NCBI GenBank assembly: GCA_965277805.1
Contig: OZ255842.1
Location: 32,001-96,000, forward strand
Direction: 5' to 3'
DNA length: 64,000 nt
DNA from: Candidatus Lustribacter sp.
GTDB taxonomy: Bacteria; Vulcanimicrobiota; Vulcanimicrobiia; Vulcanimicrobiales; Vulcanimicrobiaceae
The position numbers and the translations under genes are program-made. Below are positions 21,197 to 30,186 of the stretch, piece by piece. The notes beneath the pieces were generated by a model. It was not told where the DNA came from. It saw only the letters and a program-made list of their open reading frames with translations, and did not search any database. Numbering within the stretch: position 1 is the stretch's first letter; every line of letters begins with the position of its first letter.

Positions 21197-22528
21197 TCAG
21201 CGCAGCGGCTTGAAAGCGGCGCGCAGATCGGCTGCGAGGAGCTGCGGCTGTTCCCAGGCCGCAAAGTGTCCGCCGACGTCGTGCTTCTTGTAGAAGATGA
21301 GCTTGCCGTATGCGCTCTCCGCCCAACTCCGTGGGCACTGGTAGAGCTCATGAGGAAACGCGCTTACGGCAACCGGGATCGTGATGCCTCTGGCATCGAA
21401 AAATGCACCCTTGTTTTCCCAATACAGACGCCCCGAAGAAACGCCGGTGTTCGTCAGCCAATAGAGCGAGCAGTTTTCGAGAACGTCTTCGCGCGAGAGG
21501 CCGCTCGGATGCCCCGCAAAGGCACCGGCGATGAGCTCGTAGCTGTCCTTATCGTGATCCAGCATCCACGCCGCCAGACCGGCCGGCGAATCCGCAATCC
21601 CGTACAGCGTTTGCGGACGTTTCGTCATTTCAACTGCGTAGGCCGTGTGGTTGGCAAAGAAGTCCACGAGCTGGCGATACGCATGGAGCTCGTCGGCCGA
21701 GAGGCCGGCCGGCGGTGGCGTGCCGGCTTGAACGCCCTTCGAAATGTCGGGCTGGAGAGCAGCCGGCATGTTCGTGTGAATGCCGAGCAACCCCGGCGGA
21801 GTGAGTCGTGCCATGTCCTCGGTGACCGCGTTGCCCCAGTCGCCGCCTTGCGCTACATAGCGCGTGTATCCGAGGCGCTTCATCAGCTCGACCCATGCGC
21901 GCGCGATGCGCGGCGGGTCCCAGCCGCCTTTCGCAGGTTTCGCCGAGAAGCCGTAACCGGGCAAGGACGGAATGACGACATCGAACGCATCCGCTGCCGT
22001 CCCGCCGTGCGCGGTCGGATTCGTCAGCGGATCGATGATCTTCAACTGCTCGATGATCGAACCCGGCCATCCGTGTGTAACGATGATCGGCAACGCGTTC
22101 TTATGCTTCGAACGCACGTGGATGAAGTGGATGCTCAAGCCGTCGATCTCGGTCTTGAATTGGGGTAGTGCGTTCAGCCGTGCCTCGACGTTACGCCAGT
22201 CGTAGGTCTTCCAATGTTGCACGACCGCTTGCGCGGTTGCCAGCTGTACGCCTTGTGTTTGATCCGGAACGGTTTCGCGATCGGGCCACCGCGTCGCATG
22301 TAAGCGTGCACGCAAGTCGCTGAGAGCTTCATCCGGAAAATTGATTCGGAACGGGTGAACTGCGATCGTCGCGGAGCTGGAGGCTGTATTTTGCGCCATC
22401 TCGGTTTGGGTCATGATGGTGTCCTCGTGTGCAGCTTGAGCTAAAGAAGGGACGGCGCTCACAAGTAACACGGACGCACCCGCAAGGAGCATGTCTCGCC
22501 TCGTTGGGGCCGCGTAAGAGTTCTTCAT
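21197..22528 (-). CDS. Epoxide hydrolase (EHN + alpha/beta hydrolase) with Tat signal
   Basis: TRRDML twin-arginine; HGWPGS; QGGDWG; GGHFAAWEQP; start ATG 22528 or 22540. Confidence 0.92.
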   Translation of the reverse strand: MKNSYAAPTRRDMLLAGASVLLVSAVPSLAQAAHEDTIMTQTEMAQNTASSSATIAVHPFRINFPDEALSDLRARLHATRWPDRETVPDQTQGVQLATAQAVVQHWKTYDWRNVEARLNALPQFKTEIDGLSIHFIHVRSKHKNALPIIVTHGWPGSIIEQLKIIDPLTNPTAHGGTAADAFDVVIPSLPGYGFSAKPAKGGWDPPRIARAWVELMKRLGYTRYVAQGGDWGNAVTEDMARLTPPGLLGIHTNMPAALQPDISKGVQAGTPPPAGLSADELHAYRQLVDFFANHTAYAVEMTKRPQTLYGIADSPAGLAAWMLDHDKDSYELIAGAFAGHPSGLSREDVLENCSLYWLTNTGVSSGRLYWENKGAFFDARGITIPVAVSAFPHELYQCPRSWAESAYGKLIFYKKHDVGGHFAAWEQPQLLAADLRAAFKPLR

Positions 22529-22560
22529 CGTTATTGACATCGTGCCGAACTTCGATCGGC

Positions 22561-22629
22561 CCAGGGAGTAACTGAGAAAACCTCTTCGATTAAAACAAGC
22601 CTGCGGAGGAAGTAGCGGTTACTCCCTGG
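22561..22629. promoter_or_regulatory. Divergent promoter with 12-bp inverted repeat (TTACTC boxes)
   Basis: CCAGGGAGTAAC-N45-GTTACTCCCTGG; each box 21 nt from a -10-like hexamer. Confidence 0.7.
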
Positions 22630-22701
22630 CGCCTTTATCGATGACTACGATCTGTTCACGAGACTAGTATCTCTATTTGCCTTTTCAGAGGAGCGCATCG
22701 A

Positions 22702-23022
22702 ATGCACAAGCTGATTCTTGTTACGGCCATCGCAGCGGCGATCGGCTTACCGTCGATCGCGACGGCGCAAACCACCTCGACCGCGGGATCGATCATCTGC
22801 CGGCCGGTCGCGACCGGCGAAACCGCGAACGGCACCATTCAAAATTCGCAATTTCTGTGCAAACCCGTCAACATGGATCGCGTTCACAAGGCGATGACGG
22901 ATGCGATGACGGGCCTGTCTCCGGATCAACAGGCAAAATTGCAGCAGGCAATGTCCGTGCTTCAGTACGAGCTGCAGATCGAAAGCCACTACCCGGGCTT
23001 CAACGGCAACCCCAACAACTAA
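22702..23022 (+). CDS. Small secreted hypothetical protein (2 Cys)
   Basis: GAGGAG SD; signal peptide ending ATAQ; followed by terminator. Confidence 0.8.
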   Translation: MHKLILVTAIAAAIGLPSIATAQTTSTAGSIICRPVATGETANGTIQNSQFLCKPVNMDRVHKAMTDAMTGLSPDQQAKLQQAMSVLQYELQIESHYPGFNGNPNN

Positions 23023-23032
23023 ACTTCTCGAC

Positions 23033-23092
23033 TCCGGCTAACGAAAACAAGCAGCGGTACTAAAGTGACCGCTGCTTTTTTTCGTTACCGGA
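23033..23092. terminator. Bidirectional intrinsic terminator
   Basis: AAGCAGCGGT/ACCGCTGCTT stem with T-run and A-rich flank between convergent genes. Confidence 0.88.
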
Positions 23093-23096
23093 TCGT

Positions 23097-24131
23097 TCAG
23101 GAAAAATGGTCTACGTCGAGTATTGCCTGGGCAAATGCCCGCGGAGCCTCTTGCGGGAGATTGTGCCCGATGCCGCCCTTGATGATCCGGCTCTCATACT
23201 TGCCGGAGAATTTGGCGGCATAGGCGCTCGGATCCGAATGCGGAGCACCATTGGCATCACCCTCGAGCGTAATGGCCGGCACGGTGATCACGGGACCGGC
23301 GGCCAGCCGCTTTTCCAGATCGTCATATTTGGACTCACCCTCGGCCAGGCCCATGCGCCAACGGTAGTTATGAATGACGATGTCGACATGATCGGGATTG
23401 TTGAACGACGCTGCGCTGCGCTCGAACGTTGCCGCATCGAATTGCCACTTCGGTGAAGCCAGGCGCCAGATGAGTTGCGCGAAATCATGTCGATTTTCCG
23501 CATATCCGACGCGGCCGCGCGGTGTGGCGAAGTAGAACTGGTACCACCACTGAAGTTCAGCCTTGGGCGGCAGTGGTACCTTGCCGGCCTCCTGATTCCC
23601 GATAAGATACCCGCTCACCGCAACCAGTGCCTTACAGCGCTCCGGCCACAACGCCGCCACGATGCCGGCGCTGCGGGCGCCCCAATCAAAGCCGCCGATC
23701 ACGGCCTTCTGTATTTTGAGCGCATCCATCAACGCGATGACGTCGAGTGCGACCACGGCTTGCTGGCCGTTGCGTGGGGTCGTACTCGAAAGAAAGCGCG
23801 TGGTGCCGTACCCACGTATGAATGGGACGATGACGCGATAGCGGGCTGCCGCCAATATCGGAGCCACGTCGGCGAAGCTGTGGATGTCGTATGGCCAGCC
23901 GTGAAGGAGAATGACTGCCGGCCCATCCGACGGCCCCGCTTCGGCATATCCGACGCGCAGGGTGCCGGCATCGATCTGCTTTAGCGGCCCGAATGAGCTA
24001 TGCGTCGCCACAGATTGCGCATCCGCAGAACCGATCGTGGCGAGATGGGCAGCGGCCAATGTGGTGGCAGCCGTTCCCAAAAAGAGACCGCGAGGATAGG
24101 TGTTTGCAGTGGACTCATCAATGGTGCTCAT
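23097..24131 (-). CDS. Alpha/beta hydrolase (epoxide-hydrolase-like) with degenerate Tat signal
   Basis: LHGWPYD, GFDWGAR, GHNLPQEAP; PRGLFLG in place of RRxFL. Confidence 0.9.
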   Translation of the reverse strand: MSTIDESTANTYPRGLFLGTAATTLAAAHLATIGSADAQSVATHSSFGPLKQIDAGTLRVGYAEAGPSDGPAVILLHGWPYDIHSFADVAPILAAARYRVIVPFIRGYGTTRFLSSTTPRNGQQAVVALDVIALMDALKIQKAVIGGFDWGARSAGIVAALWPERCKALVAVSGYLIGNQEAGKVPLPPKAELQWWYQFYFATPRGRVGYAENRHDFAQLIWRLASPKWQFDAATFERSAASFNNPDHVDIVIHNYRWRMGLAEGESKYDDLEKRLAAGPVITVPAITLEGDANGAPHSDPSAYAAKFSGKYESRIIKGGIGHNLPQEAPRAFAQAILDVDHFS

Positions 24132-24165
24132 AGTACGGATCATAGGGCGCTGCGCCGAGCGCTAA

Positions 24166-24216
24166 GAGTAAGTCACAGTATCCCTAAAGTCGAAAAAAGG
24201 GAAGTGACTCTTACTC
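24166..24216. promoter_or_regulatory. Divergent promoter with inverted TTACTC boxes
   Basis: GAGTAAGTCAC..GTGACTCTTACTC; boxes 21 and 22 nt from TATGAT and TACCGT. Confidence 0.65.
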
Positions 24217-24250
24217 GTATCGGTGGTCATCAGGCTGCTACCGTTCGGAT

Positions 24251-25015
24251 ATGGAAACGCTTTGCCACACTCGCGAAGAAATCGAGCACCTTTCGAATGC
24301 GCCTTCAGCGGCGCTTGAGTTTGTCCGGCTCGCTTATGCGGGCCGGCGCTCCACCGATTACCGCAAGCGCGGCGGCGACTTCATCACCTATGATTTCGGC
24401 GCCGGCCGTCTCACTCTGACGATCGGTGACGCGTCGGCAAAGCAGACACAAGGACTGCGGATTGCCCGAATTCTTCGGCGAAGCTTCCGGACTTCGTTAT
24501 GGATGACGAGTCCAAGCCGAATTCTCGGCGCGATGTCCGATACGCTGATGGAAGAGGCGGGACTTGTCCCACCATCGCCGTCGTTCGCCGCTGTGCTCGT
24601 CGCTACGATCGATCTCGAGTGGGGCGTGCTGAGCTATGCCGCTGCGGGGGTCGAAGGTGGGCTCGTGTTCGGGGAACCGGCGCCGCACGTGCACCTCGGG
24701 CCGACTGGACCATTGCTCGGAATCGAACGGCATCCGGCCTATGAAGAACGATCGATGCGCTTCTTGCCCGGCGACACACTGGTCACGTACACGGACGGCG
24801 TCACCGAAGCGCCGGCCGCAACAGCCGACGGCCATCTCGGCTCGTCCGGCCTCCTGCGATCGATGCGACGGGTCCAACAGGCCGGAGAATTGAGCATTCG
24901 CGCGCTCTGGAAAGAAATCGGTCAAGTTACCGGCCGCGTATATCACGACGACGCGACCCTCGCGATCGTGACGACGCCGCAAGTGCCGGCGCGAGACCGA
25001 TGGCCGTCGCGCTAG
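24251..25015 (+). CDS. Stand-alone PP2C/SpoIIE-family Ser/Thr phosphatase
   Basis: GGDF, IGDAS, YTDGVTE, HDDATL metal-binding Asp motifs. Confidence 0.85.
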   Translation: METLCHTREEIEHLSNAPSAALEFVRLAYAGRRSTDYRKRGGDFITYDFGAGRLTLTIGDASAKQTQGLRIARILRRSFRTSLWMTSPSRILGAMSDTLMEEAGLVPPSPSFAAVLVATIDLEWGVLSYAAAGVEGGLVFGEPAPHVHLGPTGPLLGIERHPAYEERSMRFLPGDTLVTYTDGVTEAPAATADGHLGSSGLLRSMRRVQQAGELSIRALWKEIGQVTGRVYHDDATLAIVTTPQVPARDRWPSR

Positions 25016-25401
25016 CGCTCCGGCATCGCGCAGGCGTCGAAGTCGCTCAGGAGCAGGTACATCTCGGGCAGCGACAGCCGGATGAGGAAGATTCGCTGTG
25101 CCAGCGTGAGGCGAAGCACTTCGGCCAAGCGAGCGATGAATTGCGGCGACACGCGGGCCGCCCGTCCACTCTCGAAGGCGCGATACCAGTAGTCGCTAAC
25201 CCCGGCGAGCTCGGCCACTTCGCCGCGCCGTAAGCCCCGAACACGGCGCCGTGACCCGCGTGGTAAGCCGAATTCCCTTGGTTCGAGCCGATCTCGGCAC
25301 TGTATAAGGAATGCGCGAAGTTCGCGACGCCGGTCGATGTCATCCCTCAATTCAGAATACCGGCTCGATTGCGTATCTGCTTGTAGCACGGTCAACTCCA
25401 T
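25012..25401 (-). CDS. Short MmyB-like XRE HTH protein (no ligand domain)
   Basis: ELRAFL..GLPRGSRRRVRGLRRGEVAELAGVSDYWYRAFESGR. Confidence 0.85.
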   Translation of the reverse strand: MELTVLQADTQSSRYSELRDDIDRRRELRAFLIQCRDRLEPREFGLPRGSRRRVRGLRRGEVAELAGVSDYWYRAFESGRAARVSPQFIARLAEVLRLTLAQRIFLIRLSLPEMYLLLSDFDACAMPER

Positions 25402-25526
25402 TTTTTAAGCGATGCTGTCACGCCAAACTACACGAAGGGCCGAGCGCAAAACAGAAAATGCCGATGGGGGGCACTGTGAGTTATCCGTAGGAGACCAAGG
25501 CAAGCGTCCGGTTAGCTAATCTGTTC

Positions 25527-25555
25527 TTGGAAGCAACGCCCCGCAGAGGTATACT
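25527..25555 (+). promoter_or_regulatory. Sigma70-type promoter
   Basis: TTGGAA-N17-TATACT, 10 nt before ATG 25566. Confidence 0.6.
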
Positions 25556-25565
25556 ATGCGTCCAT

Positions 25566-26063
25566 ATGTCTCACGTGTACCGCGTGCAACTGCGGAGTTT
25601 CTTGTCGGCCGCGCGCGCGCGTCTGCGGCCGCAGGACGTCGGTCTTCCGGCAACTGGCAACAGACGCGTGCCAGGGCTGCGACGCGAAGAGGTCGCCGAG
25701 CTGGTCGGAGTTACGCCGAACTGGTACACCGCTTTCGAAAAGGGCACTAGCGACCGCAACTTCTCGCCGGCGTTTGTTGGGCGCGTCGCCGAGGCACTGC
25801 GTCTCGAGGAGAGCGAGCGCGTCCAACTATTGCGGCTTGCGTTACCCGAAGTCGCAGCAGCTGCATCCCACTTCGAGAACATGTTGGCCTCCGCCGAAAC
25901 CTTGCTGCGGGAAGCGCGAGCGATCGCCGGCCGCGCACTCGCTCGGAGCATTTGTCTGCGTCTCATCTCCGATGAGTCAGTGCGCCAGGTGCGAGCTGCC
26001 GGCGGCCGCGCCCTAGCCTCAGCGATCTGCCGGCAAGTCGCGGCGCGGCTGCGCGTCCGCTAG
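25566..26063 (+). CDS. MmyB-like XRE HTH protein with helical tail
   Basis: LRSFL..RLRPQDVGLP..RRVPGLRREEVAELVGVTPNWY. Confidence 0.85.
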   Translation: MSHVYRVQLRSFLSAARARLRPQDVGLPATGNRRVPGLRREEVAELVGVTPNWYTAFEKGTSDRNFSPAFVGRVAEALRLEESERVQLLRLALPEVAAAASHFENMLASAETLLREARAIAGRALARSICLRLISDESVRQVRAAGGRALASAICRQVAARLRVR

Positions 26064-26069
26064 GACGAC

Positions 26070-26495
26070 GTGCAGGGCTTGATAACGCACGACGACTGTG
26101 TACTGGTCCAGGCAAGTTTCGCACAACTCGAGCCCGCCGCAGACGATATCGCCGCCACGTTTTATGCGCGGCTCTTTGAACTGAGCCCGGATTTGGCCCC
26201 ACTTTTCAAGACGGAGATGAAAATCCAACGGGAAAAGTTCATCGAGAAGCTCGCTGTCGCCGTGATGGGCCTAGAAGATCTCGATTCGATCGCGCCCCTC
26301 GTTCAAAAACTCGGACGCGGGCACGCCGAATACGGCGTAGAGCCCACGCACTATGCGACGGCACGCGAAGCATTGCTCTCGGCACTGAGTGATCACTTCG
26401 GGCCAGCCTTTCACGCGGAATTGCGCAGGGCATGGGGCGCCGCGTTCGACGCCATCTCAAATGAGATGATTCGTGCCACCGACGATCGGGTTTAG
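26070..26495 (+). CDS. Single-domain globin (flavohemoglobin-type globin fold)
   Basis: FYARLF (TyrB10), QREK (GlnE7), LGRGHAEYGV (HisF8). Confidence 0.9.
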   Translation: MQGLITHDDCVLVQASFAQLEPAADDIAATFYARLFELSPDLAPLFKTEMKIQREKFIEKLAVAVMGLEDLDSIAPLVQKLGRGHAEYGVEPTHYATAREALLSALSDHFGPAFHAELRRAWGAAFDAISNEMIRATDDRV

Positions 26496-26851
26496 GCGAC
26501 GATCGATTTCGCGCTGATCTCAAGGTGATAGATTTCCGGCAATGCCAACCGGAAGAGCAAGAATTTTTCGGCTACACTCAGACGTAATGCGTTTGAGAGA
26601 CGGGCGACGAATTGTGGCGAAACCCGTACCGGGCGCCCGCTTTCGAATGACCGATACCAGTCGACGGTCACACCGACGAGTTCGGCAACTTCACCGCGCC
26701 GTAGACCGGCCACTCTCCGGCGCGCCGTTTGCGGCAAACCGAGCTCGATCGGGTCGACGTTCGAACGGCGAACCATGAGAAACTCGCGCAACTGTCGCCG
26801 CCGATGACCGTCTTCCTGGATTTGAAGGTAGTCCACGTCTAGGGCTGACAT
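26492..26851 (-). CDS. Short MmyB-like XRE HTH protein (no ligand domain)
   Basis: QLREFL..GLPQTARRRVAGLRRGEVAELVGVTVDWYRSFESGR. Confidence 0.85.
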   Translation of the reverse strand: MSALDVDYLQIQEDGHRRRQLREFLMVRRSNVDPIELGLPQTARRRVAGLRRGEVAELVGVTVDWYRSFESGRPVRVSPQFVARLSNALRLSVAEKFLLFRLALPEIYHLEISAKSIVA

Positions 26852-26888
26852 CGGAATCAAGATCCTCTCTGATCGACTCCTGGCCAAT

Positions 26889-26950
26889 GAGTTACGAGAA
26901 AACCGTAACACTCAGTGCGCACAAGAAACAGTAAGCGCGAGCTACTCCCT
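26889..26950. promoter_or_regulatory. Divergent promoter resembling 22566-22627
   Basis: GAGTTAC-GAGAAAACC..GCTACTCCCT; same 59-nt box span. Confidence 0.65.
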
Positions 26951-26980
26951 CCAAGGGGCGCGAGCCGCTACGCTCGCGGT

Positions 26981-29080
26981 ATGAAGACGAGTCGCTCGCG
27001 ATTCATCCGTGCCGGCATAGCGTTTGGGGCGGGATTGAGCCTGGGCCTCCGCTTGCCGGCCGGTGCGCAAAACGACGTGTTTGCACCAAACGCTTGGGTG
27101 CGCATCGCTCCTGACGATTCCGTCACGATTCTCCTCAGCAAGTCGGAGATGGGACAAGGCGTGATCCACGGCCTACCGACAATTTTGGCCGATGAGCTCG
27201 ACGCGGATCCGCAGCGCATTCGCACGCTGTTCGCACCGCCGAACGCGGCTTACGTCGATCCCGAACTCGGGGAGCAAGCCACGGGCGGGAGTACCTCGAT
27301 CAACAGTACGTGGTTGCCGTTGCGCCACGCCGGTGCCACAGCACGCGCGATGCTCGTCGCGGCAGCCGCCAAACAGTGGGACGTCGAACCTGCAAGCTGC
27401 ACGACTCGCGAGAACGTCGTATACCATGCCGGCTCCAACCGTTCCGCGACGTACGGTAACCTCGCGCTTGCGGCGGCCGCGCTTACGGTTCCGGCGAACG
27501 TTCCGCTGAAGCCGGTAAACCGGTTCACACTGATCGGCCGGCCGCGGCCTCGACCCGACACTCCGTCGAAGGTCAACGGCTCAGCCCAATACGGGATCGA
27601 CGTTCGGCTCCCGGGGATGGTATACGCTGCGATCGCACGCTCGCCGGTGTTCGGCGGACGCGTCAAGGATGTCGACGATCGCAAGGCGCGTGCGGTTACC
27701 GGCGTGCTCGACGTGATTCGGATATCGAACGGGATTGCCGTCATCGCGAAGAACACGTGGGCGGCATTTCAGGGCCGAAACGTGTTAGCAATTGCTTGGA
27801 GCGAAGGTCCGAACGCTAAGGCGTCGAGTGCAGAGTTATTCGCCGAGGCGGCGGAACTTGCGCGCACGCGCAAAGGCGAGCACGTCGGTCTCGCACGTGG
27901 CAAGCCTGTGGCGGCGCGCGGAACTGTGCTTGAAGCGACCTATCGCGGGCCGTTCCTCGCGCACGCCGCGATGGAGCCGATGAACACGACCGCGTACGTT
28001 CACGACGGAACGTGCGAAGTGTGGTCGCCGAACCAGGTGCCGCAGCGCGCGCAACTCGCCGCATCGAAAGGCAGCGGGTTGGCGCTCGAACAGTGTACGA
28101 TTCACACCACGCTGTTGGGCGGTGGCTTTGGCCGCCGGCTCGAGGCCGATTACGTCGAGGAAGCCGCTGAAGTTGCGCGGGCCGTTCGCGCTCCGGTGAA
28201 GGTCACGTGGAGTCGCGAGGACGACATCCAGCACGACTTTTACCGTCCGATGAGCCTAAACGTCTTGCGCGGCGTTATCGCTGATCGCGAGCTCCTCGCG
28301 CTGGAACATCTGGTCGTCCAGCGCTCCTGGCTTGAACGCTGGAAGCCGGCGTGGTTCAAGGGTGGCTTCGATCCGCTCGGGCTCGAGGGGATCGCGGACA
28401 CACCCTACGCGATCCCGAACCTGCGTGCGTCGTTCATCGATCATCAGCACGGAATCCCCGTCGGGTCGTGGCGAGCGCCACAGGCGAATTGGAACACGTT
28501 CGTGACGGAAAGCTTCATCGACGAACTAGCCCATGCTGCCGAAGCAGATCCCGTTGCATTTCGCCTTGCGTTGTTGAAGAAGAACCCTCGTGCCGCCGCC
28601 GTCCTCCATCTCGTTGCCGGCCGTGGAGGCTGGGGCCGGCGACGGGCAGGCGTGGGCCAAGGCGTCGCCATGATCTTCTGGGCCGGCAGTGTCGCCGCTA
28701 TGATCGCCGAGGTTTCGCTCAAGGGAAAACTGCCGAACGTACATCGCGTCGTCATCGCGGCGGATTGCGGAACCGCCGTCAATCCCGACATCGTCGTGCA
28801 ACAGGCGCAAGGCGCCACCAACTTCGCCCTCTCGGCGGCGCTAACTGGAAAAATCACAATCGCGAACGGCCGCGTCGAGCAGAACAACTTTTACGACTAC
28901 ACGGTGCTGCGCATTGCGGATGCTCCCCGCATCGAGGTCCACGTGGTACCGAGTAAAGCCGCGCCGAGCGGCATCGGCGAGCTCTGCGCGCCGCCGATCG
29001 CGCCGGCCGTGGGGAACGCGATCTTTCAACTCACCGGCAAGCGACTTCGTACGCTGCCCTTCAACGACGCATTGGACTAG
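26981..29080 (+). CDS. iorB: Xanthine dehydrogenase-family molybdopterin subunit (IorB-like), Tat-like signal
   Basis: SRSRFI signal; [32 protein letters not shown]. Confidence 0.9.
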   Translation: MKTSRSRFIRAGIAFGAGLSLGLRLPAGAQNDVFAPNAWVRIAPDDSVTILLSKSEMGQGVIHGLPTILADELDADPQRIRTLFAPPNAAYVDPELGEQATGGSTSINSTWLPLRHAGATARAMLVAAAAKQWDVEPASCTTRENVVYHAGSNRSATYGNLALAAAALTVPANVPLKPVNRFTLIGRPRPRPDTPSKVNGSAQYGIDVRLPGMVYAAIARSPVFGGRVKDVDDRKARAVTGVLDVIRISNGIAVIAKNTWAAFQGRNVLAIAWSEGPNAKASSAELFAEAAELARTRKGEHVGLARGKPVAARGTVLEATYRGPFLAHAAMEPMNTTAYVHDGTCEVWSPNQVPQRAQLAASKGSGLALEQCTIHTTLLGGGFGRRLEADYVEEAAEVARAVRAPVKVTWSREDDIQHDFYRPMSLNVLRGVIADRELLALEHLVVQRSWLERWKPAWFKGGFDPLGLEGIADTPYAIPNLRASFIDHQHGIPVGSWRAPQANWNTFVTESFIDELAHAAEADPVAFRLALLKKNPRAAAVLHLVAGRGGWGRRRAGVGQGVAMIFWAGSVAAMIAEVSLKGKLPNVHRVVIAADCGTAVNPDIVVQQAQGATNFALSAALTGKITIANGRVEQNNFYDYTVLRIADAPRIEVHVVPSKAAPSGIGELCAPPIAPAVGNAIFQLTGKRLRTLPFNDALD

Positions 29081-29086
29081 AGCGAC

Positions 29087-29542
29087 ATGCTTTCAATAAA
29101 CGTCAACGATAGCGAGCACGAGATTGATGTTCCACCCGACACGCCGTTACTGTGGGTTATTCGCGACGAGATCGGATTGACGGGCACGAAGTTCGGATGC
29201 GGCGTGGCCCAATGCGGTGCGTGCACCGTCCATCTCGACGGCCAAGCAACGCGTTCGTGCGTTTTTCCCGTGTCCGCCGCCGTCGGGAAGCGCGTGCAAA
29301 CGATCGAGTCACTTTCCAGCGACAACTCGCATCCGGTCCAGCGGGCATGGATCGCTCAGCAAGTGCCGCAGTGCGGATATTGTCAATCGGGGCAGATCAT
29401 GGCCGCCGTGGCGCTGCTGCGCGAAGCGAAACACCCGAGCGACGTGCAGATCGATCACGCCATGACCAATATCTGCCGCTGCGGCACGTACGATCGGATT
29501 CGCAGCGCCATTCATCTCGCGGCCCGCGAGCTGGACGGCTGA
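29087..29542 (+). CDS. iorA: (2Fe-2S)-binding subunit (IorA-like)
   Basis: [28 protein letters not shown]. Confidence 0.95.
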   Translation: MLSINVNDSEHEIDVPPDTPLLWVIRDEIGLTGTKFGCGVAQCGACTVHLDGQATRSCVFPVSAAVGKRVQTIESLSSDNSHPVQRAWIAQQVPQCGYCQSGQIMAAVALLREAKHPSDVQIDHAMTNICRCGTYDRIRSAIHLAARELDG

Positions 29543-29544
29543 CG

Positions 29545-30183
29545 ATGTTGAAGTTTCGGACGGCAAACGCTGCTGCAGTCGGCTTGACTACTGCGCTGCT
29601 GATCGGATCCATTTTCAGCTCGGGTTTTGGCAGCCCCGAGCCGGCGGCGGCACCGGCGAGCGCGGCGACGATACGAGCCAAGAAGGACGCATCGGCCAAG
29701 CTCTTTCTCCAGATGGCGGTAGTCATTGAAAGCCCGCGCTGTCTCAATTGTCATCCTGCCGGTCGTAGTCCGACCCAAGGCGACGACATGCACCTGCATA
29801 CGCCGCCGATCGTTTCGGACGCGTCCGGTCATGGTATCCCGGGCTTGCACTGCAGCGCTTGCCACAGTCCGTCAAACGAACCCATCAATATGCCGAACAT
29901 CAAAGTCGTACCCGGCAACCCTGCGTGGTCCTTGGCGCCCGCGGCATTCGCATGGCAGCACCGGACGCTCCACGAGATTTGCGAGCAGATTAAAAATCCG
30001 CAGCGCAACGGCGGCCGGAGTTTGGAGAAGATCCACGATCACGTTGCCTACGATCCGCTGGTTGGTTGGGCATGGCATCCCGGGCTCGGCCGCAAGCCGG
30101 CGCCGATGACGCAAGCGACGTTCGGTAAGCTCGTTCAGCACTGGATCAACTCCGGCGCGGAATGTCCGTCGGCATCGACGTAG
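29545..30183 (+). CDS. Exported di-heme c-type cytochrome associated with IorAB
   Basis: Signal-like N-terminus; CLNCH and CSACH. Confidence 0.82.
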   Translation: MLKFRTANAAAVGLTTALLIGSIFSSGFGSPEPAAAPASAATIRAKKDASAKLFLQMAVVIESPRCLNCHPAGRSPTQGDDMHLHTPPIVSDASGHGIPGLHCSACHSPSNEPINMPNIKVVPGNPAWSLAPAAFAWQHRTLHEICEQIKNPQRNGGRSLEKIHDHVAYDPLVGWAWHPGLGRKPAPMTQATFGKLVQHWINSGAECPSAST

Positions 30184-30186
30184 CCC

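Noticed and set aside
21146-22168. 340-aa plus-strand ORF
   Set aside because: Antisense shadow of the epoxide hydrolase; no SD or motifs
25478-25483. GAGTTA here and TTACTC at 12334-12339 as regulon promoters
   Set aside because: No -10 hexamer at 21-22 nt; the 12334 hit is the LacI SD on the opposite strand
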